IMG/VR virus record: IMGVR_UViG_3300045988_157167
Span: 11,551-75,550 of that record
Source: a virus
Reading direction: 5' to 3' (one strand)
Length of the DNA stretch: 64,000 nucleotides
This document shows, one piece after another, positions 48,543 through 55,208 of this stretch; the first letter of the stretch is position 1, and every line of letters starts with the position of its first letter. The notes under the pieces were generated by a model. That model searched no databases. It was not told the origin of the DNA and was given only the letters and a program-made list of their open reading frames with translations. Position numbers and translations under genes: made by a program.

Positions 48543-49450
48543 TTTTCTATGCTGCCGCCTCCCATTTCATCTAATTCTTTTTGTAATTCGTCTATTTCAT
48601 CTAAGTCATCTTGACTTACTGGTTTCATTTTCTCGGGATCTATATAACCTTGATATTTTTGTAAGTCCTCTAATATGTTTGAATTGTTATTGTCTTGATG
48701 TTTATTTGAGTTGTAGTTACTGAAGTTGTCTTTTAGTGGAAAAACTCCTTGCCAACAATTTTCAATCGAGTTTTCCAGTATTTTTATTTTGATATCATCT
48801 GTTGTTGCTAACTTATCTAGTTTATTTAGTATTCCTTTTAATGCTCTTTCTGTAACAGGCTTTTTAATGCTCTTTCGCATTTTCATAAAATCTATTATTG
48901 TTTCCTGTAAGAAAGAGTTAGAAGTATACTCATTTATAAGAACATCTAAATCAGTTCTTTTTTTCTTTTTTTCTTTTTTATTAAGACTGTTATTATTAAC
49001 ACTATTAATATTTAAACTGTTATTATTAAGACTGTTAATATTAGTGTATTCGTTTTCGAGATATTCATTTTCGATATCTTTATTTTCGTGATATTCATTT
49101 TCGATATCTCTAAAATTAATACATCGGTCTCTTTCATCCATTATGATTTCATATATATTTTTTGCTTTTAAATTACCTGATTTTATTCTTTCTACTTTTA
49201 TGTACCCGGATTCTTTTAATGTTTTTAAGTGTTTAGTAAATCTATTGATTGAGATTCCTAATTCTTCACACATTAAATCTCTACTTGGATAACATGTTTT
49301 TTTATCTCCAGCGAAGGCTATTAAATATGCATAAATTGCTTTTGCCTCAATTGAAAGATTCTTATCTCTCATAACTATCTTAGGTATTATTCCATACCCA
49401 TCACGTAAAATACTATTTTTGTTGTATTTTACCTCCATTGAATCTGTCAT
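48533..49450 (-). CDS. Replication protein, HTH plus DnaD-like C-terminal domain
   Basis: N-terminal winged helix, an N-rich low-complexity linker, and a DnaD-like C-terminal domain. Position is upstream of the DnaC-like gene. Confidence 0.65.
   Translation of the reverse strand: MTDSMEVKYNKNSILRDGYGIIPKIVMRDKNLSIEAKAIYAYLIAFAGDKKTCYPSRDLMCEELGISINRFTKHLKTLKESGYIKVERIKSGNLKAKNIYEIIMDERDRCINFRDIENEYHENKDIENEYLENEYTNINSLNNNSLNINSVNNNSLNKKEKKKKRTDLDVLINEYTSNSFLQETIIDFMKMRKSIKKPVTERALKGILNKLDKLATTDDIKIKILENSIENCWQGVFPLKDNFSNYNSNKHQDNNNSNILEDLQKYQGYIDPEKMKPVSQDDLDEIDELQKELDEMGGGSIEKWL
48975..49112. repeat. Iteron-like repeats inside the replication gene (putative phage ori)
   Basis: ttttcg(a/t)(g)atat repeated four times at ~15-bp spacing (49053-49110), plus actgttattattaa repeats at 48982-49045. 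Confidence 0.55.
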
Positions 49451-49463
49451 TTAATCACCTCGT

Positions 49464-49646
49464 TTAAACTTGCTGGCTTTCCTTCTCTTTTACTAATTCA
49501 GAAAGTTTAGAAGGGTCTATTCCTAAAATTTTTGCTGATTCAGAAACTTGAAAAGCTTTTATAATTTTAAGAACCGTGTTGTAATTTTCTTTATTAAGTC
49601 CTTGTAAATCTGATGCTATTTTTAGTCTTTCTTCATATCTAGTCAT
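49464..49646 (-). CDS. Hypothetical small protein, first gene of the leftward early operon
   Basis: ORF track; divergent from the cI-like gene. Confidence 0.5.
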   Translation of the reverse strand: MTRYEERLKIASDLQGLNKENYNTVLKIIKAFQVSESAKILGIDPSKLSELVKEKESQQV

Positions 49647-49877
49647 CTAATTACCTCCTTCGTTGTTTTTCGTTTATATATACATTATATTCCATTTTTT
49701 TACGTTAGTCAACGAATTTTTAAACATTTTTAATTATTATTTCTCGTTTTGCATCGTTGATATTTTTGTTTTATTAACGACTTTTTGTAATTTTCTCGTT
49801 TATTTTTTTCTATTAATATGTTACAATTATTGTATATTAATAAAATAAAAACTTTTAAATATAATTGGAGGCAAGAT

Positions 49878-50264
49878 ATGAATGGTGTAAATGAAAAAGA
49901 TATTGGTAAAAGAATTGAATTTATAAGAAAGAAAGAAAAGCTTTCAAGACGAGAGTTTGGAAAAATAGTAAATAAAAGTGAAGATGCTGTATATAATATT
50001 GAGAAAGCTAGAGCTAAAATAAGTGATGATATTATTTATAGCATATGTAATATTTTCCACATTAATAAAAATTGGCTGCTTAATGGAGAGGATGGTATGT
50101 ATGAAACTAATTCCAAACATATTAGACTTGCAAATATAGTTGGAAATTTAGAAAAAGAAGAAAATCTATTTGAATTAACAGAAATGCTTCTAGATCTAAA
50201 TGATAGACAAATTGAGGTAATTAAAGATTTAATAGATGTGTTTAAAGAATCAGAAAAAAAATAG
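49878..50264 (+). CDS. XRE/cI-like repressor (start moved to the Met at 49878 behind RBS ggagg)
   Basis: IGKRIEFIRKKEKLSRREFGKIVNKSEDAVYNIEKARAK HTH. One of the few plus-strand genes. Confidence 0.7.
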   Translation: MNGVNEKDIGKRIEFIRKKEKLSRREFGKIVNKSEDAVYNIEKARAKISDDIIYSICNIFHINKNWLLNGEDGMYETNSKHIRLANIVGNLEKEENLFELTEMLLDLNDRQIEVIKDLIDVFKESEKK

Positions 50265-50289
50265 GTGCTATGCACCTACTTTTTATTTT
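50262..50289 (+). terminator. Rho-independent terminator of the cI-like gene
   Basis: Stem taggtgc-tat-gcaccta followed by ctttttatttt. Confidence 0.7.
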
Positions 50290-50407
50290 CCTCGTTTTTT
50301 TTATTTTTCTTTGTTAAATATTGATAAACGAACCCCAGTGTATCAATATCTTTATTTTGTTTTAACAAAATTATTATTTCTTCTTTTAATTTTGTTATAT
50401 AGTCCAT
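50276..50407 (-). CDS. Small hypothetical protein (43 aa)
   Basis: Read by eye: MDYITKLKEEIIILLKQNKDIDTLGFVYQYLTKKNKKNEENKK. RBS gggggag. Confidence 0.35.
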   Translation of the reverse strand: MDYITKLKEEIIILLKQNKDIDTLGFVYQYLTKKNKKNEENKK

Positions 50408-50554
50408 AGCATCTCCCCCAAAACAGCTTAATAATATCGAACTTACGTTCTATGTAGATATATTATAATACTAATTTTCATAAAATTCTATACCTTATTT
50501 ACATTATACTTCCATTTATTGCCATTTTGTCTATTTGTCCCCCATTGCGGGACA

Positions 50555-50755
50555 CTATTTGTATTCAGAATCAAATAAGTCAGTTATTCTACAACCTAAA
50601 GCTATCGCTATTTTTTCTAGCTTTACTAGATCCAGTACTGTATCGTTATTCTCCAGTCTAAAGAGAGTACTTTTACTTAGTTTAGTTTTGTATGCTAACT
50701 TTCTAAGACTATGATTTTTCTCGTTTCTTACCTTTGAAATATTGTTGATTATCAT
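50555..50755 (-). CDS. XRE-family HTH (cro-like) protein
   Basis: RNEKNHSLRKLAYKTKLSKSTLFRLENN. Confidence 0.65.
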   Translation of the reverse strand: MIINNISKVRNEKNHSLRKLAYKTKLSKSTLFRLENNDTVLDLVKLEKIAIALGCRITDLFDSEYK

Positions 50756-50832
50756 AAAATTTATTCTAAAATAACTGCTTTTTCTCGTAAATGTAAAATA
50801 TTTGGTTAATATTCCACAAAAACACTAGAAAA

Positions 50833-50862
50833 GAAAAAAAATCCACCTTCCGCAAGATGGAT
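50833..50862 (-). terminator. Rho-independent terminator of mini-cassette 3
   Basis: Stem atccaccttccgcaagatggat plus an 8-T run on the minus strand. Confidence 0.65.
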
Positions 50863-50945
50863 TTTCTTCTAAATAATCATAGGTCATATATAAGATATAG
50901 AAATACTTTTAACAATTTAATTATAACATTCCAATACTTATTTGA

Positions 50946-50965
50946 AAATCGGAACATATTCCTAA
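50946..50965 (-). promoter_or_regulatory. Copy 2 of the 20-bp motif (TTAGGAATATGTTCCGATTT)
   Basis: 19/20 identity to the other copies. TGtTATAAT follows 20 nt downstream on the minus strand. Confidence 0.55.
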
Positions 50966-50971
50966 CTTTTA

Positions 50972-51010
50972 CAAAAAAACAACCGCTCTTGATGAGGGTT
51001 AAGAGCGGTT
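50972..51010 (-). terminator. Rho-independent terminator of mini-cassette 2
   Basis: 10-bp stem aaccgctctt/aagagcggtt plus a T-run on the minus strand. Confidence 0.7.
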
Positions 51011-51133
51011 AGGGAGTATTGTTTCATACCATAAATTCTAATGATAAACAATATACTAGAAATATTTTAGGAATAAAAAAATATAATCTTAGATAACTAT
51101 ATTATTAATGATACTACTGTTTTTTCAAAACTT

Positions 51134-51153
51134 CAATCGGAACATATTCCTAA
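51134..51153 (-). promoter_or_regulatory. Copy 3 of the 20-bp motif
   Basis: Exact TTAGGAATATGTTCCGATTG. Confidence 0.55.
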
Positions 51154-51160
51154 TTAACAA

Positions 51161-51197
51161 TAAAAAATAACTACCTCACAGATGGAAAGGTAGTTAT
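51161..51197 (-). terminator. Rho-independent terminator of mini-cassette 1
   Basis: 10-bp stem ataactacct/aggtagttat plus a T-run on the minus strand. Confidence 0.7.
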
Positions 51198-51285
51198 TCT
51201 TTAAGAAAGGAGTACTTATATTAGTAATATAGCTAAAACTTTAAGTCTTATACAATATAAGATTAACACCTTTCATTTCCAATTA

Positions 51286-51305
51286 CAATCGGAACATATT
51301 CCTAT
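51286..51305 (-). promoter_or_regulatory. Copy 4 of the 20-bp motif (ATAGGAATATGTTCCGATTG); contains the TAG stop of the upstream ORF
   Basis: 19/20 identity. Confidence 0.55.
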
Positions 51306-51619
51306 ATATTTTTATAAGTGAATTTTACAAAAGTTCCGTTTTCAGTTTTAGCCTTAACTCTGGCAACTTCTGTTGTTTCATCTATTTCTAGACTTTTAAT
51401 AGCTTGAAGAACCATATTTGTTGTACAATTTTTAGTTTTAAATTCAATAATATCATCTGTATATTTTACAGTTGCATTTGACATACTAAAATCTACCCCA
51501 CAAATAGTTAATACATATACATTAACTTTTTCTCCTTCAAATGGTTCTAGAAATTTTTTAATTTCCCATTGTTCAAATAATTTTTTAACCTTTTCGAGAA
51601 AGAAGTCCCCTTCTATAAT
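51302..51619 (-). pseudogene. 3' part of a small gene split by the IscB element (ORF track lists only 51302..51484)
   Basis: The reading frame stays open 45 codons upstream of the tracked ATG (..IIEGDFFLEKVKKLFEQWEIKKFLEPFEGEKVNVYVLTICGVDFS-MSNATV..), right into the element's end hairpin. Confidence 0.5.
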
Positions 51620-51645
51620 TTAGCCGTAGGCAAATTTAGGAGGGG
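51607..51645 (-). repeat. Right-end (RE) subterminal hairpin of the IscB element
   Basis: Plus strand reads ccccttctataatttagccgtaggcaaatttaggagggg. Confidence 0.7.
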
Positions 51646-51679
51646 ATGAATTTCTCTGATATTGAATCAATATAGAATT

Positions 51680-53062
51680 TTATATCGCAAAATTACTTTC
51701 GTATTGCCAATTATTATTATGATTTATGAATTTCAAGGCATAAATTGAAACTTGTTTATATTTTTTGCCTGGTATAGTTATATACTCATCATTTATATTT
51801 TTTACATAAGCAGATGATTTGCCAGAAAAACCTGTAATATAACCAATTTGACCAAAGATTTCTACTTTATCATTAAGGTAAAAACCATTTGCAAAACTTG
51901 TATTTTTCTCATTTCTTTTGCTTTCAGTGTTTTTAGTTTTTCTACCTTTTCTAGCTGTCGCTTCATGCAGTGAACGTTTTTTCTTTCTAAACTGCTTTAT
52001 TTTAAAAACTTCATCACAGTTTTGATTTATACATTCAACTTTACTTATTGCAATAGCATCGTTATAATGAGTTTTCTCAAGTCCAAGTTTTTTTCTTCTT
52101 GGTGTTGTTATAGAACCATAAGTTATGTTAGCTTGAGGATATTTTTTAAATACTTTTACCCTCATTGAGTTCATAAACGGTGGTTCTTTATAAGTTTTCA
52201 TCTTTTTCTTTTTTATCATCCATTCATAAAGTATGCCGCCTGGTTTATGATTCTCAGATGTGTGACAATCAGTACAAATTGTAGCTAAGTTGTCAGCTCT
52301 ATCGCTTCCACCTTTACTTTTATAAATTACATGATGTGTATGAAGTACTTTATCTTTACTTTTTTTACAAACCTGGCAAGTGTAATTATCTCTTGCAAAG
52401 ACAAAGTATCTCGTATTATAAAAGCCGAAGGCTTCGCCTTGTTGATAATCAGCACCTTCTATTTCTGGATTTATCATTTTAGCCATATCAAATTTACCTA
52501 CTTCAATACTTAAATTGCATTTTGGAAGTAAATTATAATATTTATCAATCCAGAAAAATGTATTATCTATTTTAGACTGTATGCTTGGCGGCAGCCAACC
52601 AACAGGTCTATTTGAATCTATGTTTGTAGATAGTGTTCTCCAGTTCTTTTTGGAGTCACTACCTTTTTTAAGAGTTTTTAGTTTTGCTCCTTTTGGAGCA
52701 TTAAAAACTCTTTTATTTCTGAAGTTAAATTTACATCTTCTATATCTAGTTTTTCTAGAACGTCTACCTCTTCTTAGAATTTTTTTAGTTTCTATTAAAC
52801 TACTTACATCTTGTCTAAGTTCTATTTCACCTTTTGCTAATACTTTATTTTGGGTAGTTACAGCTATACCAATGTTTTTAGAACCTAAATCGACACCTAA
52901 ATTAGTATTTTGTGTATATCCATAAGAACCGTAAATAAGTTTTATTGTAAATGGTTTATAATTTACTATCTTTGCTTTCTTTTCTTTTATTAATTTTCTA
53001 GCACGTTGAGGCTTACAAGGCATCAACGGCTTATTGTTTTTATTAAGTACGTATACTACCAT
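51680..53062 (-). CDS. iscB: IscB RNA-guided nuclease (copy 2; start moved to MVVYVLNKNNKPLMPC behind RBS ggagg)
   Basis: Literal PLMP motif, RuvC-I GVDLGSKNIGIAV, RuvC-II SIEVGKFD, HNH CQVCKK..HTHHV..N..TIC..CH, and RuvC-III HYNDAIAIS. The tracked 28-codon N-terminal extension overlaps the RNA block. Confidence 0.85.
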   Translation of the reverse strand: MVVYVLNKNNKPLMPCKPQRARKLIKEKKAKIVNYKPFTIKLIYGSYGYTQNTNLGVDLGSKNIGIAVTTQNKVLAKGEIELRQDVSSLIETKKILRRGRRSRKTRYRRCKFNFRNKRVFNAPKGAKLKTLKKGSDSKKNWRTLSTNIDSNRPVGWLPPSIQSKIDNTFFWIDKYYNLLPKCNLSIEVGKFDMAKMINPEIEGADYQQGEAFGFYNTRYFVFARDNYTCQVCKKSKDKVLHTHHVIYKSKGGSDRADNLATICTDCHTSENHKPGGILYEWMIKKKKMKTYKEPPFMNSMRVKVFKKYPQANITYGSITTPRRKKLGLEKTHYNDAIAISKVECINQNCDEVFKIKQFRKKKRSLHEATARKGRKTKNTESKRNEKNTSFANGFYLNDKVEIFGQIGYITGFSGKSSAYVKNINDEYITIPGKKYKQVSIYALKFINHNNNWQYESNFAI

Positions 53063-53403
53063 AAAGTATACCTCCTTCGAGTTATTTGAATCACCGACCA
53101 AAAGTGGTGGGCGACACGAAATTTTCCCTTCGCCAATGTTAAGCATACTTCTTGCACCAAGTTGACTGTTCTTACCTCACAGAACTGTTTACAGAGCCCG
53201 AACAACAAAAGGTGCTAGGGAATCACACCAAGCTGTATTGATACACTTAACGTAGCTTATTCGCTGTGCCAAATCGCACATCCCGACAAGCTAAGGCTAG
53301 ACAATATTAAGGCAAAAGCCTTACCCCCAAATCTAGAGTCATACTGGGGCTTATATTGAAATACAAGCCCCTTCTATAATCTCCGTAGGTGATTTAGGAG
53401 GGG
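53063..53403 (-). ncRNA. Omega-RNA (HEARO-type) candidate for IscB copy 2, including the left-end hairpin
   Basis: ~340 nt, ORF-free and markedly G+C-rich. Stems include ggggctt/aagcccc, aaggc-tttt-gcctt, tgtgc/gcaca, ggcga/tcgcc and cacc/ggtg. Confidence 0.7.
53368..53403 (-). repeat. Left-end (LE) subterminal hairpin of the IscB element
   Basis: Plus strand reads ccccttctataatctccgtaggtgatttaggagggg. Confidence 0.7.
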
Positions 53404-53427
53404 TTATTGACTGTTATTATTTTTCAT
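53404..53427 (-). pseudogene. 5' stub (RBS + ATG + 6 codons, MKNNNSQ-stop) of the gene split by the IscB element
   Basis: RBS gaagggg, then ATG at 53427. The stop lies exactly at the hairpin boundary. Confidence 0.45.
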
Positions 53428-53490
53428 TTTTACTACCCCTTCTCTAATTAATATCATTCAACTTTAAAACCTGAATAGTCGGTAAAAATA

Positions 53491-53588
53491 GTCCCTGTCA
53501 TGTTGATTGTCCCTGTCACTCTTACCCACTATCATCATTATAAAATCAATAGCTAAAACCTCTCTCTGTTTTTATAATAGTCCCTGTC
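53491..53588. repeat. Three copies of gtccctgtc (two extended to aatagtccctgtc)
   Basis: Copies at 53491-53499, 53509-53517 and 53580-53588, in the promoter region upstream of the split gene. Confidence 0.65.
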
Positions 53589-53669
53589 TCTCTTAAAAGT
53601 AATTTTTCATTTAGAGTAGAGGCTTTAGCATTTTTTATGTTATTTTTAATCCGCTAGGGTAGTGGAAAT

Positions 53670-54128
53670 TTACCCTAGTAATTCATATAATCGTTGTTGT
53701 CTTTCATACTCTTTTAAAGTCTTTTGAGATTTATTTCTAAACTCTAATCTTAGGTTAGATCTTCTACAATTTTCAGGATTATTATCTTTGAATACTATTT
53801 TAAAAAATCTTGTATTATACGCTCCAAAGAATCCTTCGTAAACTAATTTATGAACTGGAATATTTTTTCTTTTACCATTTTGGACCAATGTTACAGTTTT
53901 ATATCTGTGAGTATAAAAAACTTTCAACTCTTTCCAAACAACACTTCCATAATCAATTTTATCTAGTGTTTGATGCTCAAATCTTTTCTTGCTGCTAAAT
54001 ACTCTTCCAAAACTAGTTATGTAATAATCATCAAAGTTTGTAACTGGAACAGCATCTTCATCTATAAATAAATAATCTTTAATTGTATCTTTCATCAAGT
54101 TCTTCCAGTTGTTCTCTGTTATATTCAC
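53670..54128 (-). CDS. NUMOD4/HNH_3-like homing-endonuclease-family protein (HNH His possibly degenerate)
   Basis: YYITSFGRVFS (NUMOD4-like), HKLVYEGFFG, DNNPENCRRSNLRL. Confidence 0.5.
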   Translation of the reverse strand: MNITENNWKNLMKDTIKDYLFIDEDAVPVTNFDDYYITSFGRVFSSKKRFEHQTLDKIDYGSVVWKELKVFYTHRYKTVTLVQNGKRKNIPVHKLVYEGFFGAYNTRFFKIVFKDNNPENCRRSNLRLEFRNKSQKTLKEYERQQRLYELLG

Positions 54129-54729
54129 GATAATCCTCCCCTCTTAAAACTCTATCTTCAATATATTTGTCAAATTCCTCTGTGCTTTCAAATTTATATC
54201 TAGTTTTCTTTGCAAATTTATATCCTTCTGCATGTGCTTGTCTTTCTGCTTCTGTAATGATAATATCTATTCTTTTCATAATGTCTTTATATAGATCTTC
54301 GTTCATTTCCGCATCATGCTTTGCACAATTAGAAAGTAATTTATCTATTTTTAGATAGTTACGAGCAAATACTTTACTTCTAATAAACTCGTAGTTGTGT
54401 GAAGTTACTGCATGCGGTTTTGTGTTTCTTTTAATATAATCTTCTACTTTTTTATCTTGTTTTTCTTTATAAACATCACTAATAGGTTTAAAAGGTTCAT
54501 AATCTCTTAAAAATAATCCCTCTATGACCTTTATAAGCATTTTTAAAAGATTAATAACTAAATATAAGCTAAATCTACAAAGTTTTATTACAAGGGCAAA
54601 TACAACCTCAAGCCATGAACTATATTCAGTTTTTTCTTTATATCCTTCTAAATGTTCTTCTTTGCTTAAAATATAAGTTGCTTTTGTTTTTTTATCTCTA
54701 TCTAATATTTCTATACTATCATTTTGCAT
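54079..54729 (-). CDS. Hypothetical protein with a central TM segment
   Basis: ORF track. Confidence 0.5.
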   Translation of the reverse strand: MQNDSIEILDRDKKTKATYILSKEEHLEGYKEKTEYSSWLEVVFALVIKLCRFSLYLVINLLKMLIKVIEGLFLRDYEPFKPISDVYKEKQDKKVEDYIKRNTKPHAVTSHNYEFIRSKVFARNYLKIDKLLSNCAKHDAEMNEDLYKDIMKRIDIIITEAERQAHAEGYKFAKKTRYKFESTEEFDKYIEDRVLRGEDYREYNREQLEELDERYN

Positions 54730-54913
54730 TCCAACCCCTCCAATCTAAAATTTTAATTGCAAGTGATCTTAAAATTGGATTAGAATACAAAAAATCTTTT
54801 ATTTCTTCCTCTTTTCTTTTTATTGCCTTTTCTTCATCTGACAATACATCGACAAAAAATATTTTTTCTAAATTCATATTATCGTCGAACATTTTGACTT
54901 TATGTCTTCTCAT
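54719..54913 (-). CDS. Hypothetical protein
   Basis: ORF track; RBS ggagga. Confidence 0.5.
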   Translation of the reverse strand: MRRHKVKMFDDNMNLEKIFFVDVLSDEEKAIKRKEEEIKDFLYSNPILRSLAIKILDWRGWNAK

Positions 54914-54930
54914 TATTCTTCCCCTTCCTC

Positions 54931-55026
54931 CTGGAGAAAAACTATGTTATAATTTACTTGCTACGGTTAGTTATAACATAGTTGTAACTTCCAGGGTCGC
55001 TCATCTTTGTGTGGGCGACTTTTTTA
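54931..55026 (+). promoter_or_regulatory. Long hairpin (perfect 12-bp inverted repeat actatgttataa/ttataacatagt) followed by a plus-strand terminator hairpin
   Basis: Inverted repeat at 54941-54952/54971-54982 and outer ctgga/tccag stem. gtcgc..gcgac plus a T-run at 54996-55026. Confidence 0.5.
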
Positions 55027-55028
55027 TT

Positions 55029-55196
55029 TTATTTTTTTATTTCAACATCTAAATAGATGCTAGAATACTTACTTTTACCTCTGCTTTTATAAGCTTGTGA
55101 TTGACTTATAATTTCAAATTCCTTTTCTAACTTTTTAATAGCACTTTCTAATTCTTCTGGTCTTTCATGGTTGTATGTAATTCTTATTTTTAGCAT
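55029..55196 (-). CDS. Small conserved-looking protein (55 aa) downstream of rep
   Basis: Read by eye: MLKIRITYNHERPEELESAIKKLEKEFEIISQSQAYKSRGKSKYSSIYLDVEIKK. Strong RBS aaggaggtga. Confidence 0.6.
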   Translation of the reverse strand: MLKIRITYNHERPEELESAIKKLEKEFEIISQSQAYKSRGKSKYSSIYLDVEIKK

Positions 55197-55208
55197 ATTC
55201 TCACCTCC

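Larger units (their letters stand above)
51600..53410 (-). mobile_element. Non-autonomous IS200/IS605-type element: end hairpins, omega-RNA and iscB, no tnpA
   Basis: Two ~39-nt imperfect hairpins of near-identical sequence in the same orientation (51607-51645 and 53368-53403) bracket the iscB gene and its upstream RNA block. Confidence 0.7.

Noticed and set aside
50946-51305. The cluster of three 20-bp repeats could be mistaken for a CRISPR mini-array.
   Set aside because: The spacers are 133 and 168 nt, unequal and each containing its own terminator hairpin. The repeat is short and also occurs singly at 18137 and 61546. No cas genes or leader are present.
53063-53146. The 28-codon N-terminal extension of the IscB copy 2 ORF (MLNIGEGKISCRPPLLVGDSNNSKEVYF).
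   Set aside because: There is no RBS, and it overlaps the G+C-rich omega-RNA block. The ATG at 53062 has a GGAGG RBS and begins directly with the PLMP domain.
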